Below are positions 9,097 through 18,144 of a DNA stretch of 25,779 nt, one piece after another (position 1 is the first letter of the stretch; each line of letters opens with the position of its first letter). The translations under genes and the position numbers were made by a program. The DNA is from Candidatus Eiseniibacteriota bacterium (GTDB taxonomy: Bacteria > Arandabacterota > Arandabacteria > Arandabacterales > Arandabacteraceae), in the NCBI GenBank assembly GCA_043810925.1, contig JBDRNT010000121.1, positions 1 through 25,779 of the forward strand, given 5' to 3'. The notes beneath the pieces were generated by a model. The model ran no database searches. It had not been told where the DNA came from and saw only the letters and a list, made by a program, of their open reading frames with translations.

Positions 9097-9909
9097 TTAC
9101 CACCCGCCACCTGCCCCACCTCCACCCGCAGAACCGCCACCAAAGCCTCCGAAGCCGCCCCCGAAGCCACCCGACGAGCCGCCTGATCCCCCGATCCAGA
9201 AACCACCGTACCGGCCCCCGCGGCCTGCGCGCCCGGCTAAGATGCGAAGCAGCATGAAGAACCCGATCGGGAAGAAGAGAAAGAGGAGCCGCATCAAGGG
9301 CGCGGCCTGTGACGGCTCTCTCGGCGCCAGCAGATACTGGCCGGGAACAGAGTCGTTAAAGGCAAAACTCTGGCCGCTTTCGGCAAGTATGCGCTCGGCA
9401 AGCATCTTGGTGGCAGTTACCAGGGCCTGGTCATACTGTCCTGACTGGAACCCGGGCCTGAGTACCTGCCGGTAGATCATGCTGGCATCGGCATCGGGGA
9501 TTGGCCCCTCGAGCCCATAGCCTGTCTTGATCCACATGCTCCGATCCTCTACGGCAACGAGAATGAGCACGCCATTGTCCTTACCCCTCTCCCCTATCCC
9601 CCACGCCATGAAGAGCCCGACGGAATAATCATGTATGTCGATCCCGCCGGTCGTCTTTATGATTGCAACTGCTATCTCGGCTCCCGTCTTCGCCTTTACC
9701 TCTCCGGCGATGCCACCGATCAGGGTCTCGGCCTGGTGTGATAACAGGCCGGCATAATCACTCACATAACCGATAGGCCTCGGATAGCCTGATTGTGCTG
9801 ACACCGTTCCGATCCAAACGAGCAAGATCAGGACGACGTTCAGCGCAATCCCACATCGCGGTCTTCGCAGCACATCTCTAATATCCGGAATCATGCATAT
9901 CCCCGGCAT
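9097..9909 (-). CDS. TPM-domain (YgcG/MOLO-1-like) membrane protein with Gly-rich tail
   Basis: 'GYVSDYAGLL', 'WGIG..GKDNGVLILVA..DR...I.TGYGLEG.IPD', and a C-terminal 'GGFGGFGGGS.GGGGAGGGW'. Exact start uncertain. Confidence 0.92.
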   Translation of the reverse strand: MPGICMIPDIRDVLRRPRCGIALNVVLILLVWIGTVSAQSGYPRPIGYVSDYAGLLSHQAETLIGGIAGEVKAKTGAEIAVAIIKTTGGIDIHDYSVGLFMAWGIGERGKDNGVLILVAVEDRSMWIKTGYGLEGPIPDADASMIYRQVLRPGFQSGQYDQALVTATKMLAERILAESGQSFAFNDSVPGQYLLAPREPSQAAPLMRLLFLFFPIGFFMLLRILAGRAGRGGRYGGFWIGGSGGSSGGFGGGFGGFGGGSAGGGGAGGGW

Positions 9910-9923
9910 ATGTATCTGCCTGC

Positions 9924-10694
9924 CTACAGTTTATCCACCCTGGCGGCGAGCTCTTCGACTCTCGTGACATAGTCTCCGAGAACTCCATGCGCTTCCTTGC
10001 CGCCTATCTTCTCATCCCCTGCCTTGTCCTTGAGAATTGCGACAAAAGGCTCGGTATCGACGCCGAAGACCTCACCTACCGATCTTACAACATCAAGCTT
10101 CGGGCGCGGTACCTCCACCCCCTTAAGCCTCAGCATCGCTCTGAAGACGGGAATCAGTGAGGTGAGCGAAGTGTGAAGCACTGACTCTGCTCCCTTCTTG
10201 GCCAGACCGACCTCGAGATAAGCCTGGCGCGTCCTCAAGACGGCGGACTTAAGCTGGGATTCGCATTCAAGCCGCAGGTGGGCCGGGACAACATCAATCG
10301 ATGAAAAGTGATCCTCACCCATCAAGAGCACCTGGTCCGCCTTGATCTCTGCGAACTCTATTGCGAAGACGTCAAGCGAGGTCGCGATGTAGTCGGCCGT
10401 AAGAAGAAGGGGCGGGACTATTTTCCTCTTTGCACCCCACTTAACGACTTCCAGCAGACGTGTGAGCACGCTTTGGCTGAGATCGGCTGCAACGATAACC
10501 AGATTGACATTGGACTTGCCGCGGATGAAGTCCGGACCCGTGGCACTGCCATAGGCGGAGATCGATTTCACCCCCGGGCCGAGCGCCGAGATTACTTTGT
10601 GGCAATAAGCCTCTACATCCGACCGTACCGACTCATGAAGTCTGTCCAGGTTCTGAAGGATCGTCATCTGGTTCCTCGCTTGACTTGAAATCAT
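9924..10694 (-). CDS. Nucleotidyltransferase-fold protein (pol-beta superfamily-like), probably lacking the catalytic DxD
   Basis: 'SISAYGSA.G.DF....SNVNLVIV' and 'S.DVFAIEF.EI'. It lies upstream of TPM and lemA. The start may be ATG 10667 (GAGG SD). Confidence 0.75.
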   Translation of the reverse strand: MISSQARNQMTILQNLDRLHESVRSDVEAYCHKVISALGPGVKSISAYGSATGPDFIRGKSNVNLVIVAADLSQSVLTRLLEVVKWGAKRKIVPPLLLTADYIATSLDVFAIEFAEIKADQVLLMGEDHFSSIDVVPAHLRLECESQLKSAVLRTRQAYLEVGLAKKGAESVLHTSLTSLIPVFRAMLRLKGVEVPRPKLDVVRSVGEVFGVDTEPFVAILKDKAGDEKIGGKEAHGVLGDYVTRVEELAARVDKL

Positions 10695-10726
10695 GGATTG
10701 CGTGAAGTCTCGTCATGTCGATGGTG

Positions 10727-10756
10727 AGTTTAATGACCCGCACGCTGGCAAGTCAA
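10727..10756 (-). promoter_or_regulatory. sigma70-type promoter of the NTase-TPM-lemA unit
   Basis: TTGACT (10756-10751), 18 nt, TAAACT (10732-10727). Confidence 0.5.
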
Positions 10757-10815
10757 CACAAACAGGGGAAATCCTTCATTGCCGCTCCCCGAGGCAGACG
10801 AGATGAGGCCGGCAG

Positions 10816-12297
10816 CTAAACCGACTTACTGAGATCGAGTCTGCGGATGAACTCATCCATGACACGCCGGTATAGCTCATCGCCCAGAATCTTGTCTTCA
10901 ACGCCGGAATCGATACTCGGATTGTCGTTGATCTCAATTACGACTACGCCTTTGGACGTGTCCTTCAGGTCGACCCCGTAGAAGCCATCTCCAATGAGAT
11001 TCGCCGCCTGCACGGCAATATCCACAACCGCCTTCGGTGCGTCTTCAATGCGCCACGTCTTATGGGCGCCCTCGCTGTATTCACCGGATGGCCCATGCTT
11101 CATGATCTGCCAGTGACGGCGCGACATGAAGTATTGGCAAGCGAAAAGCGGCTGCCGGTTCAAGACGCCTATTCTCCAGTCGAATTCAGTATACATATAC
11201 TCCTGTGCCAGAATCACATCGGAATCTGAGAACAACTCATCGGCGATCTTCTTGAGCTCCTCCTGCGTGGCGACCTTGTGTACCCCTCTTGAGAACGAGC
11301 TGTCCGGGATCTTCAAGACAACCGGGTAGGGGATCTCGGATTCCAGCGACTTGACATCCCCGATCTCGTCTTTCTTGAGTATCTCGGTCTTAGGGATGGG
11401 AATCTTGTGTGCCGCCAGCAGCTCCGCCAGGTAGATCTTATTGGTGCACTTCATTATTGAATCAGGATCGTCGATCACCACTATCCCCTCGTTCTCCGCT
11501 CTTCGGGAGAAGCGATATGTATAGTGTCCCACATCGGTGGTCTCGCGGATGAACAGCGCGTCGTACTCGCTAAGTTTCGAGAAGTCCTTCCTGGTTATGA
11601 GCTCAACCTCGACCCCGAGCTTCTTGCCGGCGTTTACGAACTTCTTGAGGGCCCGGGCATCCGAGGGAGGCAACTTCTCGTCGGGGTCATGCAGGATTGC
11701 CAGGTCGTACCGGCCGAAGCTCTTGGCCCTGGGTCTCCGCCACCGTCTGGTTGAGTAGGCATTCAGTGCCCGTATGAAGAACTTCTCATCTTGCTTGCTG
11801 ATAGCGTGTATGTACCCCGGCTTTATCGCCGATATCTGCCATTTGCCGTTGAGCTTGAAATCCACTTTGAGGATCGGACACGGGAACAAATCGAAAACCT
11901 GGCGGGCGAAATCCTGGAAATCCTTGTCTGCGCATTGACCGAAGTAGATATCTATCGATATGGATGAGTCCGAAGGCATGTCCTTCTTGGCCTTGATGCT
12001 ACGCTGGATTATCTCATGCAAATCCTCGATGCTCAGCCCATACAGAGACTTGCTCTGAAGGTCCGTGATCGTCCGCACGGAGGGCAGCACCCTGTGGCTT
12101 CTGGCCTCGGCCAGTAGCGAGCAGTAGTGCCCCAGCCTGAGATAGCGATAGCTCCTGCAGAGGTTGATGACCCGGACGTCTCTTAGTTTGAAATACTCCT
12201 GCCGGCTCACATAATCCTTCGCCAACACGACGACCGCATCTGGGACGCGGGCTTTCCAATCACCCGCTTGTTCGACAACGACTATTTGCGCAGCCAT
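10816..12297 (-). CDS. RimK-family ATP-grasp ligase with N-terminal RLAN domain
   Basis: RLAN 'VINLCRSYRYL..GHYCSLLAEAR.H.V.PSV.TI' and ATP-grasp 'YDALFIRETT', 'CTNKIYLAE', 'VLKIPDSSFSRGV', 'QEYMYTEFDWRIGVL', 'YGVDLK......VIEINDNP'. The start is probably ATG 12297. Confidence 0.92.
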   Translation of the reverse strand: MAAQIVVVEQAGDWKARVPDAVVVLAKDYVSRQEYFKLRDVRVINLCRSYRYLRLGHYCSLLAEARSHRVLPSVRTITDLQSKSLYGLSIEDLHEIIQRSIKAKKDMPSDSSISIDIYFGQCADKDFQDFARQVFDLFPCPILKVDFKLNGKWQISAIKPGYIHAISKQDEKFFIRALNAYSTRRWRRPRAKSFGRYDLAILHDPDEKLPPSDARALKKFVNAGKKLGVEVELITRKDFSKLSEYDALFIRETTDVGHYTYRFSRRAENEGIVVIDDPDSIMKCTNKIYLAELLAAHKIPIPKTEILKKDEIGDVKSLESEIPYPVVLKIPDSSFSRGVHKVATQEELKKIADELFSDSDVILAQEYMYTEFDWRIGVLNRQPLFACQYFMSRRHWQIMKHGPSGEYSEGAHKTWRIEDAPKAVVDIAVQAANLIGDGFYGVDLKDTSKGVVVIEINDNPSIDSGVEDKILGDELYRRVMDEFIRRLDLSKSV

Positions 12298-12366
12298 CTC
12301 AACCCTCAAGCTCCGATAATATAATGAGATCCGTACAAGCGCCAGGCCATAGATCCCGGGTTCGGC

Positions 12367-13476
12367 TCACTGCACATGAGCCCCCTCTTTTCCTCTTAGA
12401 ATTATAACCGCTTTCTGCCCGGCTTTGCCATACCTGGACATGCGCTCGAAATCTTTCTTGAGAATGGGCATGTTGATGCTATCAGCTTCGGTTTTGCCCT
12501 CATCAGAATCGACGAATGAATCATGGACGTAAATGTACCTCTCGTCGAAACCGGTCACCACCACCCAGTGAGGGGTCTTCTCGTGGTAGATGCGGTAGGA
12601 ACTGATCAGGACGATCGGGATGCTGCCCGCCGAGAACTGTCGCTGTATGTCCTCGACAGTCAGGACACCGTAATGGACCGTTATCGGCAGTCCCTGTATC
12701 TCCTCCATCTGGTCTTCCTGAACCAGACGGATGATTTCTTTCTTCTTCGGATCACGAACCGAATCTACAAAAAACGCCGCCGGGCCGTTTACGTAGATCT
12801 CCACGCCGAAGCCGCGTTTGAAGGCCGACAGCCCGAGACCGAAAGGGCCACACCCCCCGTGACCCGACATCATGAAGATGCTCGTAGACTCGCGCCAGAT
12901 TCTAATCTCCAGCTTGCGGTCGATCTCGAGACCGGGTTCAAGCGCTTTCATGGCCATTATCAAGGCCGCCGGGCCGCAGGTGAATTCCAGCGTCTGCCTG
13001 TAAAAAGGTATTCGTACCATCTCGGGTGGAAGGTGAGGCACCAGGTACTTCTCGAAGCGGAGGGCTTCCATGTGGTCTTTGTAGTAGTCGGGCACCACAT
13101 CGAAAGACTTGTAACCGTGCCGGCGGTACAGGTTGACGGCAGCCTCGTTGTCCTTTCGCACTTCAAGCCGCATGATTACACATTCGTTCTCGACGGCATC
13201 CTTCTCCGCCGCATCGAGGAGATTGAGGCCAAGCCCACGCCCCCGAAACGCAGCGTCCACGACAATGGAATAGAGCCGCGCCAGGGAAGTACCTCTGTTG
13301 TATAAGACCAGCACGTAGCCGCGGATTATGCCTTTCTCCTCATCGACGAGCGTGGTCGCGTTTCCCCTGGCGAGAAGATGTCGCATACTCCGGCGCGACA
13401 GCCTGTCGCTCTCGAAGGAATTGTTCTCAAGAAGTGTCAGCGCATGCAGGTCCGTACTTTGCGCCTTCCGTATCAC
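12367..13476 (-). CDS. GNAT (RimI-like) acetyltransferase fused to a peptidase C39-like (papain-fold) domain
   Basis: N-terminal 'ARLYSIVVD...RGRGLG', 'LEVRKDN..A..LY...GY', and C-terminal 'Y.QT.EFTCGPA', 'GHGGCGPFGL', 'PHWVVVTG', 'VHD'. GTG start. Confidence 0.9.
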   Translation of the reverse strand: MIRKAQSTDLHALTLLENNSFESDRLSRRSMRHLLARGNATTLVDEEKGIIRGYVLVLYNRGTSLARLYSIVVDAAFRGRGLGLNLLDAAEKDAVENECVIMRLEVRKDNEAAVNLYRRHGYKSFDVVPDYYKDHMEALRFEKYLVPHLPPEMVRIPFYRQTLEFTCGPAALIMAMKALEPGLEIDRKLEIRIWRESTSIFMMSGHGGCGPFGLGLSAFKRGFGVEIYVNGPAAFFVDSVRDPKKKEIIRLVQEDQMEEIQGLPITVHYGVLTVEDIQRQFSAGSIPIVLISSYRIYHEKTPHWVVVTGFDERYIYVHDSFVDSDEGKTEADSINMPILKKDFERMSRYGKAGQKAVIILRGKEGAHVQ

Positions 13477-13555
13477 TGCTCGCTCACCTGCCTCGAACTC
13501 GGGACCGCCCCTTTCGACACGCCGGACATGACTCTATCAGAGTCTCCACTTCGTC

Positions 13556-14548
13556 TCAATCCCCCCATCGCGACCGGAATCCCCTGACATCGACGTGGAC
13601 AAACGGCCCGTGGAACCCGGTTTTCTTGTACCTTCCAAGACCACCCACAAACAATTGGTACCAGGGCTTGCCGTACATCTCATCAACGATGTCATAGAGG
13701 ATGGCGGCATCCCGGTAGTCGTGTTTGCCGTCCTTGTTAAGGTCATCCATTATGCAATCTCGCGGTTCTTCATCGATGAAGATGTCAGCTGCGCCTCCCC
13801 AAACGTGCCGGCTGTATTTCACGTTCCCAATCATCTTGTTGTAATACGGAGTCCGGTAGCCACTCATCACCTCAAAAGTGCTGGCGGGATAACCCATCTC
13901 GTTCACTTTCTCCAGGACAAGTTCAAGCTTGAGAAGCAATTTCTCATTGAGTACAAGGTACTTGGGATAATCACTGTCCTGCTTGCATATGAACTGTTTC
14001 AGCCTGAAGTGGGAACCGACAAGTGTTTCTTCGTTTGCAGGTGTAACCTCTATGAATCCCCGGGGCGGCTTGTATATGGGAAGATCCTTGAGGGGAATCG
14101 TGGGATACCTTCCGATCCGGTAGCCGTTCAGATACTCACCCTTGAGATTCTCATACGGCACCATGACAAAAACGTTAAGAGTCACCGTGTCCGATGTTGA
14201 CGATCGCCCAAGCACAAGGTGGTATGAGCCGGTCTTCCCCGGAGCCACCCATTGCCACTTGTTGGGAGCCAGACGAACGGTCTCTCCGGCCGAGGCGATG
14301 AATTCGTATTCGCCGCTATCAGCCAAAGGCAAGGCCTCAACCGGCAGGGTCTCACCCGGCAGTACGAACACACCGATCACGCGATATGGCGATGTCACGT
14401 CTTTGACCTTGACCTGAAAGCCCGCCCTCTCAGGCGCGAACGCATGGGATGGTGAAACCTCCGGACCAGCCAGGAGTATCGCCAATACCGCAATCAGCAG
14501 GCCCCCCGTGACTCGTGTGCCGGCAATTCCCGAGATCAGCCGATTCAT
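13556..14548 (-). CDS. Exported peptidase M15A family (Zn D-Ala-D-Ala carboxypeptidase/endopeptidase-like)
   Basis: Signal peptide, then 'SGYRTPYYN', 'SRHVWGGAADI' and 'HGPFVHVDVRG' (H-x6-D ... HxD). Confidence 0.85.
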   Translation of the reverse strand: MNRLISGIAGTRVTGGLLIAVLAILLAGPEVSPSHAFAPERAGFQVKVKDVTSPYRVIGVFVLPGETLPVEALPLADSGEYEFIASAGETVRLAPNKWQWVAPGKTGSYHLVLGRSSTSDTVTLNVFVMVPYENLKGEYLNGYRIGRYPTIPLKDLPIYKPPRGFIEVTPANEETLVGSHFRLKQFICKQDSDYPKYLVLNEKLLLKLELVLEKVNEMGYPASTFEVMSGYRTPYYNKMIGNVKYSRHVWGGAADIFIDEEPRDCIMDDLNKDGKHDYRDAAILYDIVDEMYGKPWYQLFVGGLGRYKKTGFHGPFVHVDVRGFRSRWGD

Positions 14549-14574
14549 TGCTTCCCCTCTTCACAATCATAGGA

Positions 14575-16317
14575 CTACATGGGAGGCTTCTCGGCAAGAG
14601 CTTCCGCCAGTAGCTTATCCCGCCCGTAGATATCTTCACGAAAGTGGACTGTGCCGAAAGCGTCCACCCAGGCGGTCCAGTAAAGCACGTGAACAGGGAT
14701 CGACTCTGGAAGCCGGACCGTCTGTTCGACGCGCCGGCCGATCACAGCAAGCACTGCATCGCGATTCCACTTCGGATCATCGCGCAACACGTATTCCGCG
14801 AGTTCGATCGGCTTCTCCACCCTTATGCAGCCGGAACTGAAGGCCCGGGCGGTCTTCGCAAAGAGATCCTGGGACGGAGTATCATGGAGATACACGTCAA
14901 ACTTGTTCGGAAACATGAACTTCACACGACCCAGAGCATTGACGGGACCAGGTTCCTGACGGAACCTGTACTTGAAATCCTTGGCGGTCACCTTGGGCCA
15001 GTCCACGCTGTTCGGATCGATCTCTTTGGTGTCGCCTCCCCACCCCTGAAATATCTTGAATCCCTTCTCGGTCAGGTAGCCGGGATTCTTGCGCACCTGA
15101 GGCAGAATGTCCTTAACAGCAAGGCTGGGAGGAACGTGCCAATACGGATTCAGGACGATATAGGTCATCCTGCCGCTGAAGACCGGAGTCCGCCGGTAGT
15201 CCCTGCCCACAATGACCCGCATTGTCAACACTTCCTTCTCAGCCTCGACGACATCCAATTCAAAATTGGCAATGTTGACAATTATGTAGCGCGGGCCCAG
15301 ATCCTGGGGAAGCCAGCGCCATCGCTCCATGTTTATTTCAATCCGGCGTACGCGGTCCTCGGCACTTCCGTTGAGAGCGGAGAGAGTCGCTGGCCCCACT
15401 ATCCCATCGACATCCAGACCGTGCCGTTTCTGGAAGTGCTTCACAGCTGCTTCAAGGCCGTCATCGAACTCTTCCCGGTCAACGGCCTCACCCTCGCGCA
15501 GGTCGCCCGTAACTCGGAGCCGCTCGCGGAGGGATGTTATCCGGCTTCCGGAATCACCCTTCTCGAGTTTTGGCCCGGCAGGCACAACAGGCCAGCCGCC
15601 TTTCTGAGCGATGTCGCGATAGGCCGCCAGGGCTTCTCTAAGTCTGACGTAACCGGCCTGCGAAGGGCGCAGATTCTCAAGCGTTTCCTGAACCGCACTG
15701 CTGGATATCGCCGTCTCAAGCACCTCGGCCATATCCACGTCCCTTCGATTCGCGAACCACTCCGGGTCGAATGTCTCAGGGTTGACACGCCCCGCCACAA
15801 GATGGGAACCGTATATCAGAAACGCGTCGGTCAGCAGGAGCTCAAGATCGACCAGTCCTCTAGGGTTGGCCCGGCCTTGGTTGGACGACAGATCACCAAA
15901 GCGCTCGAGCATAGTCCCGATCCTGGCGAGGTCGTAATCACTCGACCTGAGACCCTCTGCATCGGCTCCCCGCAATGCCCTGAGCAGTTCACGTGACGCC
16001 GGCGATATCCCGGATTCATCGATCCAGATGGGCAGGTATGAACGTTTCTCGTAGAAACGGGGCAGTGCAATCGAGGCATACAAGTCCCGCCCGCAGACTA
16101 TGAACTCAGGGGCAGTGCACCCGGTTTCGATGCGGTTCCGCAGCAGCTCCCGGACTTGTCCATAGAGATCTCTGTTATTCAGGCGCTCAGCTCTTGCTTC
16201 TGGCGGACCGCACAGCAATAGAGCAACCATGAGCAAACACAGCGCAGCTGTCGTGGTGGCGCAGACTGCTGCCCACCTCTTTGGGATTACATAAAACAGG
16301 ACTGAGTTCCTTTCCAT
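14575..16317 (-). CDS. L,D-transpeptidase (YcbB/LdtD type, with scaffold and peptidoglycan-binding domains)
   Basis: 'AVKHFQKRHGLDVDGIVGPATL' (PG-binding), 'NMERWRWLP', 'IVNIANF', 'NPYWHVP', 'NALGRVKFMFPN...YLHDTP' and 'SSGCIRV'. Start is ATG 16317 or GTG 16326. Confidence 0.93.
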   Translation of the reverse strand: MERNSVLFYVIPKRWAAVCATTTAALCLLMVALLLCGPPEARAERLNNRDLYGQVRELLRNRIETGCTAPEFIVCGRDLYASIALPRFYEKRSYLPIWIDESGISPASRELLRALRGADAEGLRSSDYDLARIGTMLERFGDLSSNQGRANPRGLVDLELLLTDAFLIYGSHLVAGRVNPETFDPEWFANRRDVDMAEVLETAISSSAVQETLENLRPSQAGYVRLREALAAYRDIAQKGGWPVVPAGPKLEKGDSGSRITSLRERLRVTGDLREGEAVDREEFDDGLEAAVKHFQKRHGLDVDGIVGPATLSALNGSAEDRVRRIEINMERWRWLPQDLGPRYIIVNIANFELDVVEAEKEVLTMRVIVGRDYRRTPVFSGRMTYIVLNPYWHVPPSLAVKDILPQVRKNPGYLTEKGFKIFQGWGGDTKEIDPNSVDWPKVTAKDFKYRFRQEPGPVNALGRVKFMFPNKFDVYLHDTPSQDLFAKTARAFSSGCIRVEKPIELAEYVLRDDPKWNRDAVLAVIGRRVEQTVRLPESIPVHVLYWTAWVDAFGTVHFREDIYGRDKLLAEALAEKPPM

Positions 16318-16420
16318 CGAAACCACCTTCCGTCTGTGAGCCGGACCTCTTCCCTGGGGCCACCTTCTTACTCTGAAGCAGGCAACCGGCTTATTTCAAT
16401 TATGAGATCCATCGATCGCG

Positions 16421-16450
16421 AGTCTAATAAGCCAACGCCCGGCAAGTCAA
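16421..16450 (-). promoter_or_regulatory. sigma70-type promoter of the L,D-transpeptidase unit
   Basis: TTGACT (16450-16445), 18 nt, TAGACT (16426-16421). Confidence 0.5.
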
Positions 16451-16469
16451 CCTAAACAGAAATGTGGAC

Positions 16470-17207
16470 CTACTCAAGCTGCCACGCCTTGTTGAAGAAG
16501 GCGCGGTGAATGAAGAACGAGGATACGAGTACGGCTATCGTACTGCTTGCCGCAAGCATGTACATCACTATGAGCTGTATCTTCGCGGCCTCAACGGGAG
16601 GTGCGCCCGCAAGCAGCATACCGGTCATCGCACCCGGCAGGTGTACAAGGCCTATGACCTTCATCGTGTTCATAAGAGGTAGGAGCGAGGCTCGCACCGA
16701 TCTCCTGGCGAGCGGCTCGATGGCCCTCCGCGGGGACGCCCCGAGACTCAAGGCGGTTTCGATCTCACCTCGTTTGTCCCTGACCTCGGATGAGATCCTG
16801 TCGAGGCCAAGCGATACGGCATTCATAGAGTTTCCGATCATCATTCCGCCAAGCGGGATAAGATACGTCGGTGACGTATCGATGATCCTCAAGGCCAGCA
16901 TCAGCCCGACCGTACAGGTGACCCCGGCGAGGATCGAGACGAAAGCTATGGTAAAGGCACCCTGGACGGACTTCGCCCTCCCTCTTGCCGTGAAGGCGGC
17001 CACGACCACCATCGTGAGAAGGAGAAGTACCTGGTACTGGAGCCGATCAAGGTCGAATACGAACTGGATGACATAGCCCACCGCCATGAGCTGTACGAAG
17101 GTTCTCAAGGTACCGATCAAGAGTTCCTTGCCCACGCCCAGCCGTCGTATTTCGATAATGGCTATGGCAATCCCGATAAGGGCAGTGGAGGCGATCAACC
17201 GGCTCAT
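16470..17207 (-). CDS. fetB: ABC transporter permease, FetB/YbbM (UPF0014) family
   Basis: 'R.FVQLMAVGYV', 'YLIPLGGMMIGNSMNA', 'IETALSLGASP', 'GLVHLPGAMTGMLLAG..P.EA...Q'. ATGA overlap with the upstream ATPase gene. Confidence 0.88.
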   Translation of the reverse strand: MSRLIASTALIGIAIAIIEIRRLGVGKELLIGTLRTFVQLMAVGYVIQFVFDLDRLQYQVLLLLTMVVVAAFTARGRAKSVQGAFTIAFVSILAGVTCTVGLMLALRIIDTSPTYLIPLGGMMIGNSMNAVSLGLDRISSEVRDKRGEIETALSLGASPRRAIEPLARRSVRASLLPLMNTMKVIGLVHLPGAMTGMLLAGAPPVEAAKIQLIVMYMLAASSTIAVLVSSFFIHRAFFNKAWQLE

Positions 17208-17914
17208 TTGAGTTCACCTCTTATGAATTTCAAGGTCCGTGCATCCTGCGGATGGTCGAGAAAATCCGACATCGGTCCCTCCTCGACCTTTCTGCCGCTT
17301 ATAAGCAGAATGGCGGCGTCTCCCATCCGCTTCGCCTGCTCGATATAGTGAGTCACGAATATGCAGGTGAGGCCAAGGGTCTTCACCAGACGCTTGACCA
17401 GCTCTTCGATCTGAAGACAGGCCGTTGGATCGAGCCCGGAGGTGGGCTCATCGAGAAGCAACACCTTGGGACCGACCGATATCGCCCGGCCGATTGAGAC
17501 CTTCTGTGCTTCTCCTCCCGAGAGGCTCCTGGCATCCTGCTCTAGCATGCCGGCATCAAGACCGACAAGTGACATCACTTCTCCAATGTCGACGTGGATG
17601 TCGTGCAGGGCCGGACCGAAACGCAGGTTGGCTTCCACCGTACCTTCAAAGAGCTCCGGTCTCTGAAAGACCATACCGACCTCCCGCCTGAGGGCGCACA
17701 CATCCCACGATGAAATCGGCTTGTCCTTGTAGAGAACCCGTCCTGACGCCGGATCATCGAGGCGGTTAAGAAGTCTCAGAACGGAGGTCTTGCCCGAACC
17801 GCTCGGACCGAGGATCGTAGATGTCCTGCCATCCGCAACGCACCAGTCCAGCGACTCAAGCACGGGCTTACCCGACTTGATCACTTGCACCTTTTCCAAT
17901 CTGAAAACATCCAT
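17204..17914 (-). CDS. ABC transporter ATP-binding subunit (FetA/PstB-like)
   Basis: Walker A 'GPSGSGKT', Q-loop 'MVFQRP', signature 'LSGGEAQK', Walker B 'LLLDEPTSGLD' and 'VTH'. Confidence 0.92.
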   Translation of the reverse strand: MDVFRLEKVQVIKSGKPVLESLDWCVADGRTSTILGPSGSGKTSVLRLLNRLDDPASGRVLYKDKPISSWDVCALRREVGMVFQRPELFEGTVEANLRFGPALHDIHVDIGEVMSLVGLDAGMLEQDARSLSGGEAQKVSIGRAISVGPKVLLLDEPTSGLDPTACLQIEELVKRLVKTLGLTCIFVTHYIEQAKRMGDAAILLISGRKVEEGPMSDFLDHPQDARTLKFIRGELK

Positions 17915-17948
17915 GGGTCGCCACGGTTTCCTGTATGTCTACCCTCCC

Positions 17949-17977
17949 ATTCTATGCCCAAAGTCTACCCATGTCCA
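17949..17977 (-). promoter_or_regulatory. sigma70-type promoter of the ABC pair
   Basis: TGGACA (17977-17972), 17 nt, TAGAAT (17954-17949). Confidence 0.55.
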
Positions 17978-18109
17978 CACTTCCTCACTTGATGTCGATC
18001 CTCAGCACAGGACGCTACTGATCTGGAAGTGTGCCGTATGGTGCGAGGTCCGAGGCACCGGCTCCAAGCCACGGTCGTTGATTTACCTGGCCGGGAAGCC
18101 AGAACAGGC

Positions 18110-18138
18110 TTGAATAAGCGGCTCGTCTATGGTATAAT
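18110..18138 (+). promoter_or_regulatory. Near-consensus sigma70 promoter with extended -10 and no adjacent CDS
   Basis: TTGAAT (18110-18115), 17 nt, TATAAT (18133-18138), preceded by TGn. Confidence 0.65.
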
Positions 18139-18144
18139 ATGGAC

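Noticed and set aside
12367-17207. Read-through at other TGA stops (12367, 13556, 17204), or genetic code 4/25
   Set aside because: The domains are complete at those stops, the downstream sequence does not look like a domain continuation, and 17204 is a classic ATGA coupling.
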